Of a DNA stretch of 38,307 nucleotides, positions 18,003 to 27,576 are shown one piece after another; within the stretch, counting starts at the first letter, position 1, and each line of letters opens with the position of its first letter. The DNA lies in assembly GCA_038893995.1 (NCBI GenBank), contig JAWAQK010000019.1:1-38307 (forward strand), written 5' to 3'. A program made the translations under genes and the position numbers. The notes under the pieces are model-generated. The model saw only the letters and a program-made list of their open reading frames with translations. It was not told the DNA's origin and ran no database searches. Origin of the DNA: Candidatus Thorarchaeota archaeon (GTDB lineage: Archaea; Asgardarchaeota; Thorarchaeia; Thorarchaeales; Thorarchaeaceae).

Positions 18003-19292
18003 ATGCTGGAGAGATTCCTCAGTGATAGCTTTCGGAGGCTTGTGAAGGCAACCCTGAAGGACGCAGAGGCGTTTCTCAGGGCGAAGGAATCCGAAGACTT
18101 CTCAAGGGACAGGCAGAGGATCCGGGACGAGTTACTGTGCCAGGTCGAAACGCTTCCGAATGATGCCCGCCTTGCCGAGGACTACCTGGTCGCAGCCGTA
18201 GACGGCTCCGGTCATGAGCGGCTCCTTGCCAGAGATGATCTCCGGTTCCACCTGCTCAGTACTGCGACGGTCTACCTTGACAGTAACACCCGGAATGGTG
18301 TCCCGTTTCAACCAGTTCCTCGCGACCAGCTGGAGTCTGCCATTGGGGAGCAGCCCTCTCTGGATATTCACTGGCACTCGGGCACTCGTCAGGACACATT
18401 GACCAAGGTGGCAGAGTCAATTCAGTCGATATACTCAGGCCGGTCTCCGAATGAACTCATTGCCCAGTTCCTCGAGGAGAGGCGGTCCTCCAATTCTCGG
18501 TCGTCGGGTGTCAGCGAGACGCGACGTGTGGGACATCTGGAGCGACCAGATACGATGGAGGACCTGATATCTCGACCTTGGTCGTTGAGTCACTCCATGA
18601 TTCACGACGAGTTGCGTAGGGTGTCTGAGCTGGCAGCCGCACGAAGGGCTATCATGAGCACAATGAAGCCCAAGTATCTCATGCTAGATGGTTCGATGAG
18701 TGTGTTTCTCGATCCCCACGACAAGCTCCCTCTGATGCCCAGTGGCTTCATGCTACGAGAGTTGTCCTCTCTCGCGAGAAAGGAGAATGTGATCTTGTGC
18801 GCTGTGAGTAAGAGACACACCATCCCCTTTGCCCACAAGATTGCCCAGCTGGCTGCGGATCGGTTCGGCAAGAACAGCAAGTGGTTCTGCTTTCTCCCTG
18901 GCAATGAGGACCCTGGCGGAGTGCTCCATATCTACGAGGAGCATGCATATATCCCTCCTTATCTCGCAGTTCCCTATCTCTTCAGCTTCTCAGCGACAAA
19001 CAGACCATCCAGAATAGACTTTGACAGGTTGTGGTGGAAGAAGAACATCTTCGTGGAGGGTGATGCCGACGCAACGCGCGAGAACGAAATGAGTCTGTTC
19101 AGGGACCTGGAGTTCATGTCGAGAGACGCCCGTTGGTATGGCTACCCAGTAGCACTCGCCCTGGCACATGAGACCTGCAAGGTGAGCTTCAGCGATATCC
19201 AGCTGGCCCGCGAGATATGCTCAGACGTGCTCCACGAGCTCGGACTCGATTCGAGGATAGCAAATGAACCACGAGAAGACTATGGATTGTAG
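18003..19292 (+). CDS. nurA: NurA-family nuclease
   Basis: AAVDGSG, E.AAA, LMLDGS, AVSK, GYPVALALAH..CKV; ATG 18003 with GAGGAGTG SD. Confidence 0.85.
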   Translation: MLERFLSDSFRRLVKATLKDAEAFLRAKESEDFSRDRQRIRDELLCQVETLPNDARLAEDYLVAAVDGSGHERLLARDDLRFHLLSTATVYLDSNTRNGVPFQPVPRDQLESAIGEQPSLDIHWHSGTRQDTLTKVAESIQSIYSGRSPNELIAQFLEERRSSNSRSSGVSETRRVGHLERPDTMEDLISRPWSLSHSMIHDELRRVSELAAARRAIMSTMKPKYLMLDGSMSVFLDPHDKLPLMPSGFMLRELSSLARKENVILCAVSKRHTIPFAHKIAQLAADRFGKNSKWFCFLPGNEDPGGVLHIYEEHAYIPPYLAVPYLFSFSATNRPSRIDFDRLWWKKNIFVEGDADATRENEMSLFRDLEFMSRDARWYGYPVALALAHETCKVSFSDIQLAREICSDVLHELGLDSRIANEPREDYGL

Positions 19293-19307
19293 GAGTGTGT
19301 TCAACTG

Positions 19308-21056
19308 TTGATAGACCCTGACTCACTGGGCGAGAGATTCGGAAAAGTCAGTGTGGGCGACCATCATCTGCTCGGTATCATAGGCCGGAACCGAGACATC
19401 AGCGTTGGTGAGATCTTTCAGATACATTCGGTGAAGGATTCCTGCGAGCGTGTGTTCTTCTTCAGGGCGCTGGGAATAGAGCATTACATTCGACGAGTCG
19501 ACGACATCTCCAGGGTTGCCAGTTCACTCCTGGTTGAGGGTGACTCGTACCTCTCAGGCATCGATAGAAACATGCTTCTGGCTGTTCATGGGAAGATGCT
19601 GGGTTACGCGGAAGAGGTCGATGGGAAATGGGTCTTCAGGGCGCCTAGGCGTCTACCTGATCACCTGGCCGACGTATACCGACCCATTCCTGGGAAGTCT
19701 GACAACATAGTTCGAGACCTACTGGCATCTCAGACAGCAGGAGAGCTCTATGTTGGAGACCTACAAGTCGGGGAGTCCACACTTGATGTCCCTGTCTGCA
19801 TTCCAGCCAAGTACCTCCCCATGCACGTCGGGGTGTTTGGTTCTACAGGGGCGGGCAAGAGCAACCTCATGATGGTACTCATCAAGTCAATGATCGACAA
19901 CAATCTTGAGTGCCTGAGGAGGACCAGTGACGATCGTACCAGAGTCTCGGCGTTCTGCATAGACCCTCATGACGAGTTTGCAAAGGGTATTGATCATTAC
20001 GGTATTCAGAGCATAGTCGAGGCACTCGACCAGGACACGAGGTCTGAGGTCATTGGTGACTTCTACTACCTCACACCGCACCTCAAGGCCACGCCGAGAG
20101 AGATCAGACGGTATGCCCGCGAGATTCGCATTCGCTGGGAGGAGATCCTGCCGCACGACATGTACTCAATTGGTGACTATGCTCCGCAGATGTCGATCTT
20201 CATCGACACGATGTATGCACAGCACAAAGAGCTCTGGATAGAGCGGATCCTCGAGTCCGAAGAGATGGAAGGTACTCCCAAGGGCACAGTCGAGGCTGTC
20301 AAGAGAAGACTCTCCTTCCTCGAGAGATCGTCTGTCTTCGTCAGGTCCGGTGACTCTGTGCTTGATGAGATATTCGCCGCGCTCGAGTCTGGACGTGTCC
20401 TGGTGGTGAACACCAGTCTTCTCAGCGACCAGGAACAGTTCTTGCTCACGACAGTCGTCACTCGTACCGTATCCGACTTCCGGAGAGCACTGAAGAGCAG
20501 CGGCAACCTTGACGACTTTGAACAGCAGGGAAGGATGCGACTTCCCAAACCATTCTTCGAGCGCAACAAGGAACGGGCAAAATCATTCTACGGCCGAGGT
20601 AAGACTGGTGACTCACCTGTCCGTGACCCTCGAGAACTACCGGTGATATTGATCACTGTCGAAGAGGCTCCCTCGATCCTCAATCCTGTGTTGATGCAGG
20701 GTCAGTCAGTGTTCAAGGACATCTCGCGTCAGGGTCGTAAGTTCAATATTGGACTCCTCGTTGTGAGTCAACAGGTCAGCGTGCTCGACAACGTAATTCT
20801 CAGTCAGATGAATACGGAACTGAATCTTCGCCTGGGCAACGAGCATGAGATCCGTGCCTGCATAGAGAATGCAAGTTGCAACATCAGTGGCTTCGAGGAG
20901 GAGTTCAGGGTCATGGGTCGGGGCGAGGCCTTGCTCACGGCATCATATCGAGAGACCCCTGTCCCTGTCAAGATTCCGAAGTTTGACGACCTGTTTGTCA
21001 AGGATTCAGGCCGGTACAGCACCACCAGAAGACGAACCGAGAAACATACGTTGTGA
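19308..21056 (+). CDS. herA: HerA-family ATPase/helicase
   Basis: HAS-barrel-like N-terminus, HVGVFGSTGAGKSN, IDPHDEF, ITVEEAP, RQGRKFNIGL.VVSQ. Confidence 0.92.
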   Translation: MIDPDSLGERFGKVSVGDHHLLGIIGRNRDISVGEIFQIHSVKDSCERVFFFRALGIEHYIRRVDDISRVASSLLVEGDSYLSGIDRNMLLAVHGKMLGYAEEVDGKWVFRAPRRLPDHLADVYRPIPGKSDNIVRDLLASQTAGELYVGDLQVGESTLDVPVCIPAKYLPMHVGVFGSTGAGKSNLMMVLIKSMIDNNLECLRRTSDDRTRVSAFCIDPHDEFAKGIDHYGIQSIVEALDQDTRSEVIGDFYYLTPHLKATPREIRRYAREIRIRWEEILPHDMYSIGDYAPQMSIFIDTMYAQHKELWIERILESEEMEGTPKGTVEAVKRRLSFLERSSVFVRSGDSVLDEIFAALESGRVLVVNTSLLSDQEQFLLTTVVTRTVSDFRRALKSSGNLDDFEQQGRMRLPKPFFERNKERAKSFYGRGKTGDSPVRDPRELPVILITVEEAPSILNPVLMQGQSVFKDISRQGRKFNIGLLVVSQQVSVLDNVILSQMNTELNLRLGNEHEIRACIENASCNISGFEEEFRVMGRGEALLTASYRETPVPVKIPKFDDLFVKDSGRYSTTRRRTEKHTL

Positions 21057-22378
21057 GGTATTTCAGATTGTCTGTAAGGATTGTACATCTGTCTGACACT
21101 CATCTGGGTGCAAGCCCAAGGGATGGTGTTCGCTCAAACGCATGGGCTGAGGACAATCGAGTGAGGCTGATCGAGAACGACTTCTACGAGCGGTTCAGAG
21201 AGGTATTTGCTGAGATAGCGCGCATAGACCCTCCTCCCGACCTTGTGATTCATTCGGGTGACCTATACGACTCTCCCTATGACAAGAATCCGTTTCCTCC
21301 TCCCACAGTGGCCGAGACCGTCGCTGTACAGGTGATACGATCCTTCACCGAGGAGACTGGAATACCCGTACTCATAATCGATGGCAACCACGGTATCTAT
21401 AGAAGTCTTGATGTGTCCATGCTTGAGGTGCTTCAAGCATCGATTCCGCAGCTCAGGGTTGCCACACGACTACAACTCAAGGATGCGCTGCGGAATGACC
21501 GGCCCCTGAAGTTCGAGTATGAACACCTTGATGTCTTCTGCTTTCCATTCATGGAGCTATCTGTGCTAAAAAGTGCTGACATGTTGAACCAGCTGAGAGA
21601 CTGGATAACTTCATGTCAGGCACCGAGAGGAAACCGTATCTCTGTAGCCGTAGCTCACGGAATGAAGATCGATGAGACATTGTTTGATGAGATATTCTCG
21701 ATGGGCTACGACTACATTGCTCTCGGACACGACCACATCCAGCACCAGCACTCTGACAGGGCTTGGTATGCAGGATCGACTGAGAGGTGGCGTTTCGACG
21801 AGGCCTCACATCAGAAGGGGTTTCTCATCGTGGACCTCGAGAAGGGCAAGACTCCCGTCGTAACGCCGCATCACCTGAGGTTTGCTCGGCCAGTGCTGAA
21901 TGCCAGGCTGAGGATTGAGCCCGATGACACTATTGAGTCGGTGCGACAGAGAGTCATCGAGTGGCTAGACAAGTCTGTGCCAAGATCAGGTAAGGATCCC
22001 AGTGTTTCAGCACGGATACGTCTGGTGCTCAGCGGCACATCTCCGCTCGTTGACCCGAGCGAGCTCAACTCAATGTTGGCATCGCTGAGGGTCAACCTGT
22101 TTGGCGACTCATCAGAATTCAATGTATGCCAATTCGTGTGGTCCGTCGAATCCGTCGAGACAGAGCATGTGGCCCATGCGTATCCCGAGATCATTTCGGA
22201 GTATCTCATTGAGGATCCCGCCAGTGAGTTTTCCCAGTACCTTGAATCGTTGAAATTAGAGCCAGGGTTCGATTCCCGACTGCTGACCCGTATCGCAGTC
22301 AAGGCACTTGAACGTGCAGTCCAGTCTCACGCACAGAAGCTGGTCTTGGAAGATCTGCTGGAGGATGATGGATCTTGA
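21053..22378 (+). CDS. mre11: Mre11/SbcD-family metallophosphoesterase nuclease
   Basis: HLSDTHLG, HSGDLYD, DGNH, AHG, YIALGHDH, YAGS.E..F.E...KGF. Confidence 0.9.
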   Translation: MRYFRLSVRIVHLSDTHLGASPRDGVRSNAWAEDNRVRLIENDFYERFREVFAEIARIDPPPDLVIHSGDLYDSPYDKNPFPPPTVAETVAVQVIRSFTEETGIPVLIIDGNHGIYRSLDVSMLEVLQASIPQLRVATRLQLKDALRNDRPLKFEYEHLDVFCFPFMELSVLKSADMLNQLRDWITSCQAPRGNRISVAVAHGMKIDETLFDEIFSMGYDYIALGHDHIQHQHSDRAWYAGSTERWRFDEASHQKGFLIVDLEKGKTPVVTPHHLRFARPVLNARLRIEPDDTIESVRQRVIEWLDKSVPRSGKDPSVSARIRLVLSGTSPLVDPSELNSMLASLRVNLFGDSSEFNVCQFVWSVESVETEHVAHAYPEIISEYLIEDPASEFSQYLESLKLEPGFDSRLLTRIAVKALERAVQSHAQKLVLEDLLEDDGS

Positions 22379-24477
22379 GAATTCTCAGGCTCGAGATCAA
22401 GAACTTCAAACCATACGAGGATCTCGTCCTACCAGAAGAGGGCGAGCTCCCAACGGGGCTCATACTCGTCAGTGGTCCCAACTCCACTGGAAAGTCCTCC
22501 CTGTTCGAAGCCATACTGTGGGCGCTCTGGGGGGCTGAATCGCTCGACCTCAAGAACGATGATCTTGTCAACTTCTCTTCCACATTCTGCCGAGTTGTAG
22601 TTGTCTTCGAAGTCGGTGGAGTCGTGTACAAGATTGACCGCAGCTATGACGCCGCACAGGGCCCTGCTGTTGTGCTCTACGAGAAGAGGGGATCCGACGT
22701 TGGCTGGAAGCGTATTGCAGAGAAGTCTCATACGGTCAAGAGGAGTGTTGAGGAGATCCTGGGCATCGAATGGACTCAGGCACGTAACACGCTACTCGTG
22801 AAACAGGGAGAGGTTGCGTCGATCGCCAGTGCTACCCCCTCTGACCTAAGAGACCTTCTGGTCAAGGTGTACAACATTGAAGTGTTGGAAACAATGACTA
22901 ACCACCTCGACAGTCTCGAGTCTGACCTGTCCGCACGACTAGACGAGATCAGTGCCAAGTATCGGCCTCCAGAGTCAGTCCAGGCACAGATAGATGATGC
23001 TCGTCGGAGGATCACGGGCCACGAGAAGGACCGTTCGAGAGCACAGGAGCAGCTAGAGAACTATCAGAAGGAGATGGCGCGGCTTCCCTCAGTCGAACTG
23101 CTATCGAGGGTGCGCGAGTTGGCTGAGGCCGAAAGGCGGGGCAAGCGCGACCTCGAACGACTGAATGAGCAGTTTGAGAGGCTCCTGAAGAGGGCAGGAA
23201 TCGTGGACTCATCTGAGAAGGTCATACGCGCCAGACGCGAGTATCTGGTCCAGGAAGAACAGCGTCTGAAGACGAAGATCGAGGAGGTCGATGAGGAGCG
23301 CGGGACAGTAGACCAGGAGATCGGATCGCTGGCAGGACTGGCTGGGGATCTGACCAAGAAGATCGATCTACTACGGTCTGTTGACACTACACAGCCAGAC
23401 GCAGTCGTGAGGTGTCCTACCTGCTCGAAGCCACTGACACCTGATGAATTGGAATCGATACTGTCTGATTACACACAGCGGCTGGAAGACTACAATGAGC
23501 GACATGACAGTCTCACACTGAAGAAACGTGAGCTGTCGGACACCTACTCGAAGTGCTCAGATCAACTGTCCATGGTAACCAAGGCACTTGAGGCGACCTT
23601 GGTGGTCCACGAACACTATGAGCAGGTGAGGGCGGCCAACGAATCATATAGAGAAACAGTGCAACAACTGAGCGAGGAACTTGCTAAGATCGGATTTGCG
23701 TCTCTGGACGATATGCTAAGGTCCTACAAGAAGCGCGACATTGGCGAGATCGTGGAGTACATCTCCGGACTGAACGACAAGTTGGAGCTCCTCAGAAACA
23801 GTATTGAGTCTGCGCAGGAGAAGATCGATCAGGAGAAGTCAGTCATCTCGCGGCTTGAAGCCGAGCTTGCACAGATGCGCAAGCTGAAGGCGCAGATGGA
23901 TGAACTCAAGAGACTTGATTCCCACTGCAAATATCTGCGTCTGAAGCTGGTCCGCGGATTCATAGCCGACCATATCTTCCAGAAACGTCTGATTGGAATA
24001 GTGAGGAGCGCCACAAATCAGTATCTGCAGGCCTTCACGAATGGTCAGTACACACGCGTTGACTTCGAGCCCACTCCTGCCAAGGGCAAGTCGGGATCAG
24101 GACTCCTGCTCACAGTCTATGACCAGCGAGACAATGCCGTCAAGAGGCCAGTACAGCTGAGCAATGGCGACCGCACTGCTGTGAGCCTGGCTCTGAGACT
24201 TGGGATCAGTAGGACCATGAGTTCAGTACGTCCGCTCAAGGGTGGTCCTGCGGTGTCGCCAAGGATCAGATGCGTCCTGTTGGATGAACCGCTTGGGGGT
24301 CTAGACAAGACTCGACGAGAGCTAGTGCTGAGAGGTCTGGTGGATGAGTCTGGCTTTGAGCAGGTGTTTCTCATCACCCATACTGATGTGGAGCTGGAGA
24401 ATATCGCGTCCAAGATAATTGTCAGCAGGTCTGGTCCGACAAGCACGGCGACTCTGGATGTATTCCCGGATCAGTGA
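22375..24477 (+). CDS. rad50: Rad50/SbcC ABC ATPase with zinc hook
   Basis: NFK, GPNSTGKSS, Q-loop KQGE, coiled coil with CPTC hook, signature LSNGD, LLDEP, LD, ITH. Confidence 0.92.
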   Translation: MRILRLEIKNFKPYEDLVLPEEGELPTGLILVSGPNSTGKSSLFEAILWALWGAESLDLKNDDLVNFSSTFCRVVVVFEVGGVVYKIDRSYDAAQGPAVVLYEKRGSDVGWKRIAEKSHTVKRSVEEILGIEWTQARNTLLVKQGEVASIASATPSDLRDLLVKVYNIEVLETMTNHLDSLESDLSARLDEISAKYRPPESVQAQIDDARRRITGHEKDRSRAQEQLENYQKEMARLPSVELLSRVRELAEAERRGKRDLERLNEQFERLLKRAGIVDSSEKVIRARREYLVQEEQRLKTKIEEVDEERGTVDQEIGSLAGLAGDLTKKIDLLRSVDTTQPDAVVRCPTCSKPLTPDELESILSDYTQRLEDYNERHDSLTLKKRELSDTYSKCSDQLSMVTKALEATLVVHEHYEQVRAANESYRETVQQLSEELAKIGFASLDDMLRSYKKRDIGEIVEYISGLNDKLELLRNSIESAQEKIDQEKSVISRLEAELAQMRKLKAQMDELKRLDSHCKYLRLKLVRGFIADHIFQKRLIGIVRSATNQYLQAFTNGQYTRVDFEPTPAKGKSGSGLLLTVYDQRDNAVKRPVQLSNGDRTAVSLALRLGISRTMSSVRPLKGGPAVSPRIRCVLLDEPLGGLDKTRRELVLRGLVDESGFEQVFLITHTDVELENIASKIIVSRSGPTSTATLDVFPDQ

Positions 24478-24503
24478 ACATCGTCTGGGTCACGACTGAG
24501 TAA

Positions 24504-26123
24504 ATGATATCTGAGGCCCCTGGCCAGACACAGCACATGGGCTTCCAGTTCAGTGCACTCTGGGCGCGAACAAGGGCTCACTCTCCTCTGATACTGGTCT
24601 TGACAATTGGCCTCATTGTCTGGCTGGTCGTCTTTGGGGCCGCAGTGAGTGACTACCTGGACACTGCAGTATGGTGCAGGCGTTCTGTCTGGGCGGGCGA
24701 CGGTTCGTTCGAGCTGTTTGGTCTCACTATCTACTATCAGCTAGAGGGATACGCTGACTACTCCTTCTATTATGTTCACTGGGGTCACAACATGCTTCTG
24801 GGGGTGCCTCTCTATACGCCTGAGTTTGGTGAACTCACACTCAATGGAGTCCGCAATCAGAATGGGATCTACATATTCCCCCCTCTCTTTGCCATTCTCT
24901 GTGCACTTGGTATTCTGTTGCCTGTTGATGATATTGGCATTGGCGTCCTTATTGCCGCGTTTGGTTACCTGACCGCTGTCCCTGTGTATGGTCTTGGTAA
25001 GGAGCTGTCAGGAGGAAACGTTCGAGTCGGGACTGCAGCTGCGATGACCTACCTGCTGAGTCCCGCAGTCCTCTACCACATATGCTTCTGTTGGCTCAAT
25101 CCATCGCCCTTCGTATTCTTCTTCATCTCCGGATACTATGCTCTTGTACGTGGCCACAAGTACTTGGGAACCCTCTTGATAGTCACTGCGGCGCTGTTCA
25201 AGCAGACCGCTTGGTTTCTCGGAATCGTACTTGTGGTCGAACTGATAGTGAAACGTAGACACATTCCCATTGCAGACCATAACATGGAGTACCTGCCTAC
25301 GACCACGCCATCAGTTGACATCCGACCGGGACATGAGAATCGGCTCCGGGCGATACTCACTCGAACTGGGATCAGGATCGCCGAGTCTCTTGACCTACGG
25401 GGCTTTGCAAGGAGTGCACTGTTGGCTGCCATCTACGTCTCTGTGATCACACTACCGTTCATGATGACGCAGCCGAACATGTTGGGTTACATGTGGGTCC
25501 CGAGCCGGGGCTATCCTCTGGATTCCCTGACTGAGTTACCTGCCTACTCCCTCCCCATGCGTCTCCAGGTCCTTCCCGTTGTTGCTGGCATCCCAGCGCT
25601 TGCCATGGTGCTCGACTATCTCGTCTACAACGGCATTCTACTAGTGTTTGGCGTTTCGTTTATCTCAGTCGCGATGTTCCTGGAACCCCGGAGACTGGGT
25701 CAGGATGTGCAATACTACAGGCGGCTCCTATTCCTGGCGATGATGCTGATGCTGTGGGTCCATCTCGTCGGGCCTAGGGGTGTCTACAAGTATTACTTCA
25801 CACTCTTTGCACCGTTCTTCTCCATCTTCTCGTCGTATCAGATGGTGGCAGGTACCAAGAGCCAAGTTGAGTTCTCGTCGTCAATGCTATGGATGCCGAT
25901 GGCCGTTACTCTCCTGTACCTCCTTCCCAACAGGCTCACATACCTTCTGGCAGTCGCGCTGATCATGATCGCCTATGGCGTGGCACGCTATGTCGGTGCC
26001 TTCTGGCATGTCTTGACGACGCCGTGTCGGCTGGTCGTGAATCGTCTGCGATCTCACACACTTCTCATCTCTCACAAGAGCACTCATGAGGTCCCAATGG
26101 CAGGAAGCGAGCCCCATGTCTAG
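24504..26123 (+). CDS. Multi-TM GT-C fold glycosyltransferase (GT87/PIG-M-like)
   Basis: Many hydrophobic helices; first-loop EGYADY..YY..W...L.G..LY, Y.FPPLF, YLLSP, LFKQ, YKYYF. Confidence 0.75.
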   Translation: MISEAPGQTQHMGFQFSALWARTRAHSPLILVLTIGLIVWLVVFGAAVSDYLDTAVWCRRSVWAGDGSFELFGLTIYYQLEGYADYSFYYVHWGHNMLLGVPLYTPEFGELTLNGVRNQNGIYIFPPLFAILCALGILLPVDDIGIGVLIAAFGYLTAVPVYGLGKELSGGNVRVGTAAAMTYLLSPAVLYHICFCWLNPSPFVFFFISGYYALVRGHKYLGTLLIVTAALFKQTAWFLGIVLVVELIVKRRHIPIADHNMEYLPTTTPSVDIRPGHENRLRAILTRTGIRIAESLDLRGFARSALLAAIYVSVITLPFMMTQPNMLGYMWVPSRGYPLDSLTELPAYSLPMRLQVLPVVAGIPALAMVLDYLVYNGILLVFGVSFISVAMFLEPRRLGQDVQYYRRLLFLAMMLMLWVHLVGPRGVYKYYFTLFAPFFSIFSSYQMVAGTKSQVEFSSSMLWMPMAVTLLYLLPNRLTYLLAVALIMIAYGVARYVGAFWHVLTTPCRLVVNRLRSHTLLISHKSTHEVPMAGSEPHV

Positions 26124-27576
26124 ACAGACGGGTGTAAGAGACATCATCAAGTCGTTGAGGTGCGGGACACTAGACCGAATTGACCCTGTGTTACTGATTG
26201 TCCTGGTATTGGCTGCAGTGCTCTGGGGTGTCGTCTTTGCCAGTGCAATGACGACCTTCTCGGGTGTGCGACCTCTTCGTGGGGTATGGCCTGGGATAGG
26301 TACCCTCCCTGTACTGGGTTGGACAGTTGGTATCGACCTCGAGGGGTATGTCGACTACGACTTCTACTACATCACGTGGGCGGAGAAGTTTCTCTCGGGC
26401 GAGTTTCCGTATGCCGAGTCGTTCGATACTGCGTACATCAACGAGACTCAGTACAGCGCCCCCTACTTTCTTCCTCCCCTGTTTCTGTACCTGTGTACCG
26501 TAGGGAGTCTCTTGCCCATCTATCCGTTCGGGGCAGGAGCAGTGATCACGACGTTCGGTTTCATGACGGCTCTACCAGTATACTCTATCTCTCGATACCT
26601 CTCAGAGTCCCGGGTCGTTGCCAACGTGGCCACGATCACATATCTTTTCAACCCACTGATTCTCTATTACACGGCGTTCCAGTGGCTCAACCCTGCACCA
26701 TTCGTGTTCTTTGCCATGCTGTCTTTCTCTCTCATCATGCACGACAGACGACGAGCATCTCTACTCAGTATGCTGACATCGATGTTCTTCAAGCAGATCG
26801 CGGTGTTTCTACTACTACCCCTCATCGCATATCTTGTCAAGGAGAGACCCAGTCGTACATCAACCGGTGACGAGAGAGAGTACACGACAGTTGGAAACGA
26901 TACTGACGTAAAGAGTTTCTCCAAGATGGTGTCCACCGGTCTGATCTACTGCGTGGTCCTCTCTCTGCCACATATCTTGAGGCCCATTGACTACTTCTAC
27001 TATCTGCTTCAGCGACCCGGCGTATTCATTCTTACTCAGTTTGACTATCCCCCATCGAGGCGCGAACCCATCACACTTGCGGTCCTGTGCATCGTAGCGG
27101 GTCTCCCTGACTGGCTGTCCATGATCGTCAATTTCCTCTGTTACTCGACGCTGGGGATACTCGTGACAGTTCTGCCACTGTTTGCCCTGATGCTAGTTGA
27201 GAGGAAGGATGATCGACGGCTCAGATATTACTGGCGTCGAATGTTCTACTACTCTCTATTACTGTTGATCTGCGTACATCTGTTCTCACCAAGGGGAGTC
27301 TACAAGTACTATTTTGTTGCAATAGTTCCATTTCTCTGCATACTGAGCGCTGGCAGTCTCTTCTCGAGGGACACGATCAGGGTGGTGCCCCGGGGCCGAA
27401 TGATAGTTCTGCCATTTCTCTGGTCGATTCTGATCCTACTTCCCGATCGCAACATATACCTGCTTTGGGTCATTCTGATGCTGGTCTCATACGTTCTTGG
27501 TCCGAAGATACATCATTCGTTTGTTCAACGCTACAGGACCCGTCCCCGTAATTCTGACGAGGGTCTCTCAGGATGA
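26116..27576 (+). CDS. Multi-TM GT-C fold glycosyltransferase, paralog of the upstream gene
   Basis: EGYVDY.FYY..W...L.G..PY, YFLPPLF, YLFNP, WLNPAPFVFF, FFKQ, PRGVYKYYF, all shared with 24504-26123. Confidence 0.75.
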   Translation: MSRQTGVRDIIKSLRCGTLDRIDPVLLIVLVLAAVLWGVVFASAMTTFSGVRPLRGVWPGIGTLPVLGWTVGIDLEGYVDYDFYYITWAEKFLSGEFPYAESFDTAYINETQYSAPYFLPPLFLYLCTVGSLLPIYPFGAGAVITTFGFMTALPVYSISRYLSESRVVANVATITYLFNPLILYYTAFQWLNPAPFVFFAMLSFSLIMHDRRRASLLSMLTSMFFKQIAVFLLLPLIAYLVKERPSRTSTGDEREYTTVGNDTDVKSFSKMVSTGLIYCVVLSLPHILRPIDYFYYLLQRPGVFILTQFDYPPSRREPITLAVLCIVAGLPDWLSMIVNFLCYSTLGILVTVLPLFALMLVERKDDRRLRYYWRRMFYYSLLLLICVHLFSPRGVYKYYFVAIVPFLCILSAGSLFSRDTIRVVPRGRMIVLPFLWSILILLPDRNIYLLWVILMLVSYVLGPKIHHSFVQRYRTRPRNSDEGLSG

